64,000 nucleotides of DNA from Stellaceae bacterium (GTDB lineage: Bacteria > Pseudomonadota > Alphaproteobacteria > ATCC43930 > CGMCC-115725), in NCBI GenBank assembly GCA_035648415.1, contig DASRLO010000041.1, forward strand, positions 20,966 to 84,965, given 5' to 3'. Positions 63,557-64,000 of the stretch are shown here, one piece after another. The notes under the pieces were generated by a model. That model made no database searches, was not told the origin of the DNA, and saw only the letters and a list, made by a program, of their open reading frames with translations. Each line of letters begins with the position of its first letter. Positions within the stretch are counted from its first letter, which is position 1. Both the position numbers and the translations under genes were made by a program.

Positions 63557-63586
63557 CCCTCACCCCAACCCTCCCCGCTTTAGCGG
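63557..63586. repeat. Partial, inverted copy of palindromic repeat family D
   Basis: The sequence is ccctcaccccaaccctccccgctttagcgg. Its reverse complement aligns with gcaaacgggggagggttggggaggggg at 31267-31295. Confidence 0.6.
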
Positions 63587-63587
63587 C

Positions 63588-64000
63588 CTACTTCTTCACC
63601 AGCGGGCAGGACGAGTTGGTGAGCGGCTGAAAGGCCTCCGAGCCCGGGATCGTCGTGACGCGCTGGTAATAATCCCACGGGTAATGCGATTCCGCCGGGG
63701 TCTTGACGCGGAACAGCGGCATGTCGTGCACCATTGTCCCATCGACGCGGATATGCCCGTCATGAGCGAAAAAATCGTCGATCGGCGCGGCGCGCATCGC
63801 CTGCATCACCGGCTCGGTCGCCGCGGTGCCGGCCTTGGCGACGGCTTGCAGGTAGTGCATCGTCGACGAATAGACCCCGGCCTGCAGCCCGTTCGGCATC
63901 TTGCCGATGCGGTCGAAGAAGCGATGCGACCACGCGCGCGTGGCGTCGTCGGCGTCCCAATAGAACGACTCGGTCAGCATCAAGCCCTGCGCGGTCTGCA
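63588..64000 (-). CDS. Periplasmic substrate-binding protein of a branched-chain-amino-acid-type ABC transporter (C-terminal fragment, truncated by window edge)
   Basis: ORF 63588..63983 stays open to the window end. LivK-family-like C-terminal features are YSSTMHYLQAVAKAGT, MRAAPIDDFF and FRVKTPAES. Confidence 0.65.
   Translation of the reverse strand, partial: QTAQGLMLTESFYWDADDATRAWSHRFFDRIGKMPNGLQAGVYSSTMHYLQAVAKAGTAATEPVMQAMRAAPIDDFFAHDGHIRVDGTMVHDMPLFRVKTPAESHYPWDYYQRVTTIPGSEAFQPLTNSSCPLVKK

Overview
This is a high-GC window, about two-thirds G+C by eye. Gene content suggests an alphaproteobacterial chromosome, possibly Hyphomicrobiales/Rhizobiales-like; that placement is inference only. 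All family calls come from motifs read in the supplied translations, with no database search.

Main blocks:
- 0.1-3.3 kb: an OmpR-type regulator and a HAMP histidine kinase, split by an opposite-strand PIN (VapC-like) toxin-antitoxin pair.
- 3.7-20.8 kb: a large hopanoid supercluster. It holds hpnN, hpnK-J-I, an MlaA/VacJ-like lipoprotein, hpnM, ispH-hpnH, and hpnG-shc-hpnE-hpnD-hpnC-hpnA.
- 20.8-30.8 kb: housekeeping and efflux genes. These are a ParE remnant, a Na/Pi symporter, a cupin, rfbC, nudC, emrAB-like genes plus tetR, and a lone CoxL-like Mo-hydroxylase subunit.
- 30.7-33.7 kb: a translationally coupled DUF1285 / CoA-Nudix / small membrane protein / cca operon.
- 33.6-40.4 kb: a MoxR / DUF58 / BatA-DUF4159 / membrane-protein operon.
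- 40.6-42.2 kb: psd-pssA.
- 42.2-44.7 kb: a lower-GC accessory pocket with a cupin, a toxin/immunity-like pair, a methyltransferase and a TPR protein.
- 44.7-56.5 kb: pepP, a DUF1127 protein, prmA, uvrD, a permease, hemC and a small catabolic group.
- 56.7-57.3 kb: tRNA-Leu(CAG) with a ~600-bp islet.
- 57.4-63.4 kb: rnd-kpsF-lptC-lptA-lptB-rpoN.

Several families of palindromic, MITE-like repeats are scattered through the window. One sits in frame inside cca.

The most interesting candidates are the stand-alone toxin/immunity-like cassette, the Mla-like lipid-trafficking genes embedded in the hopanoid cluster, and the in-frame repeat insertion in cca. Many long ORFs in the track are antisense or out-of-frame artefacts of the high GC and are rejected.
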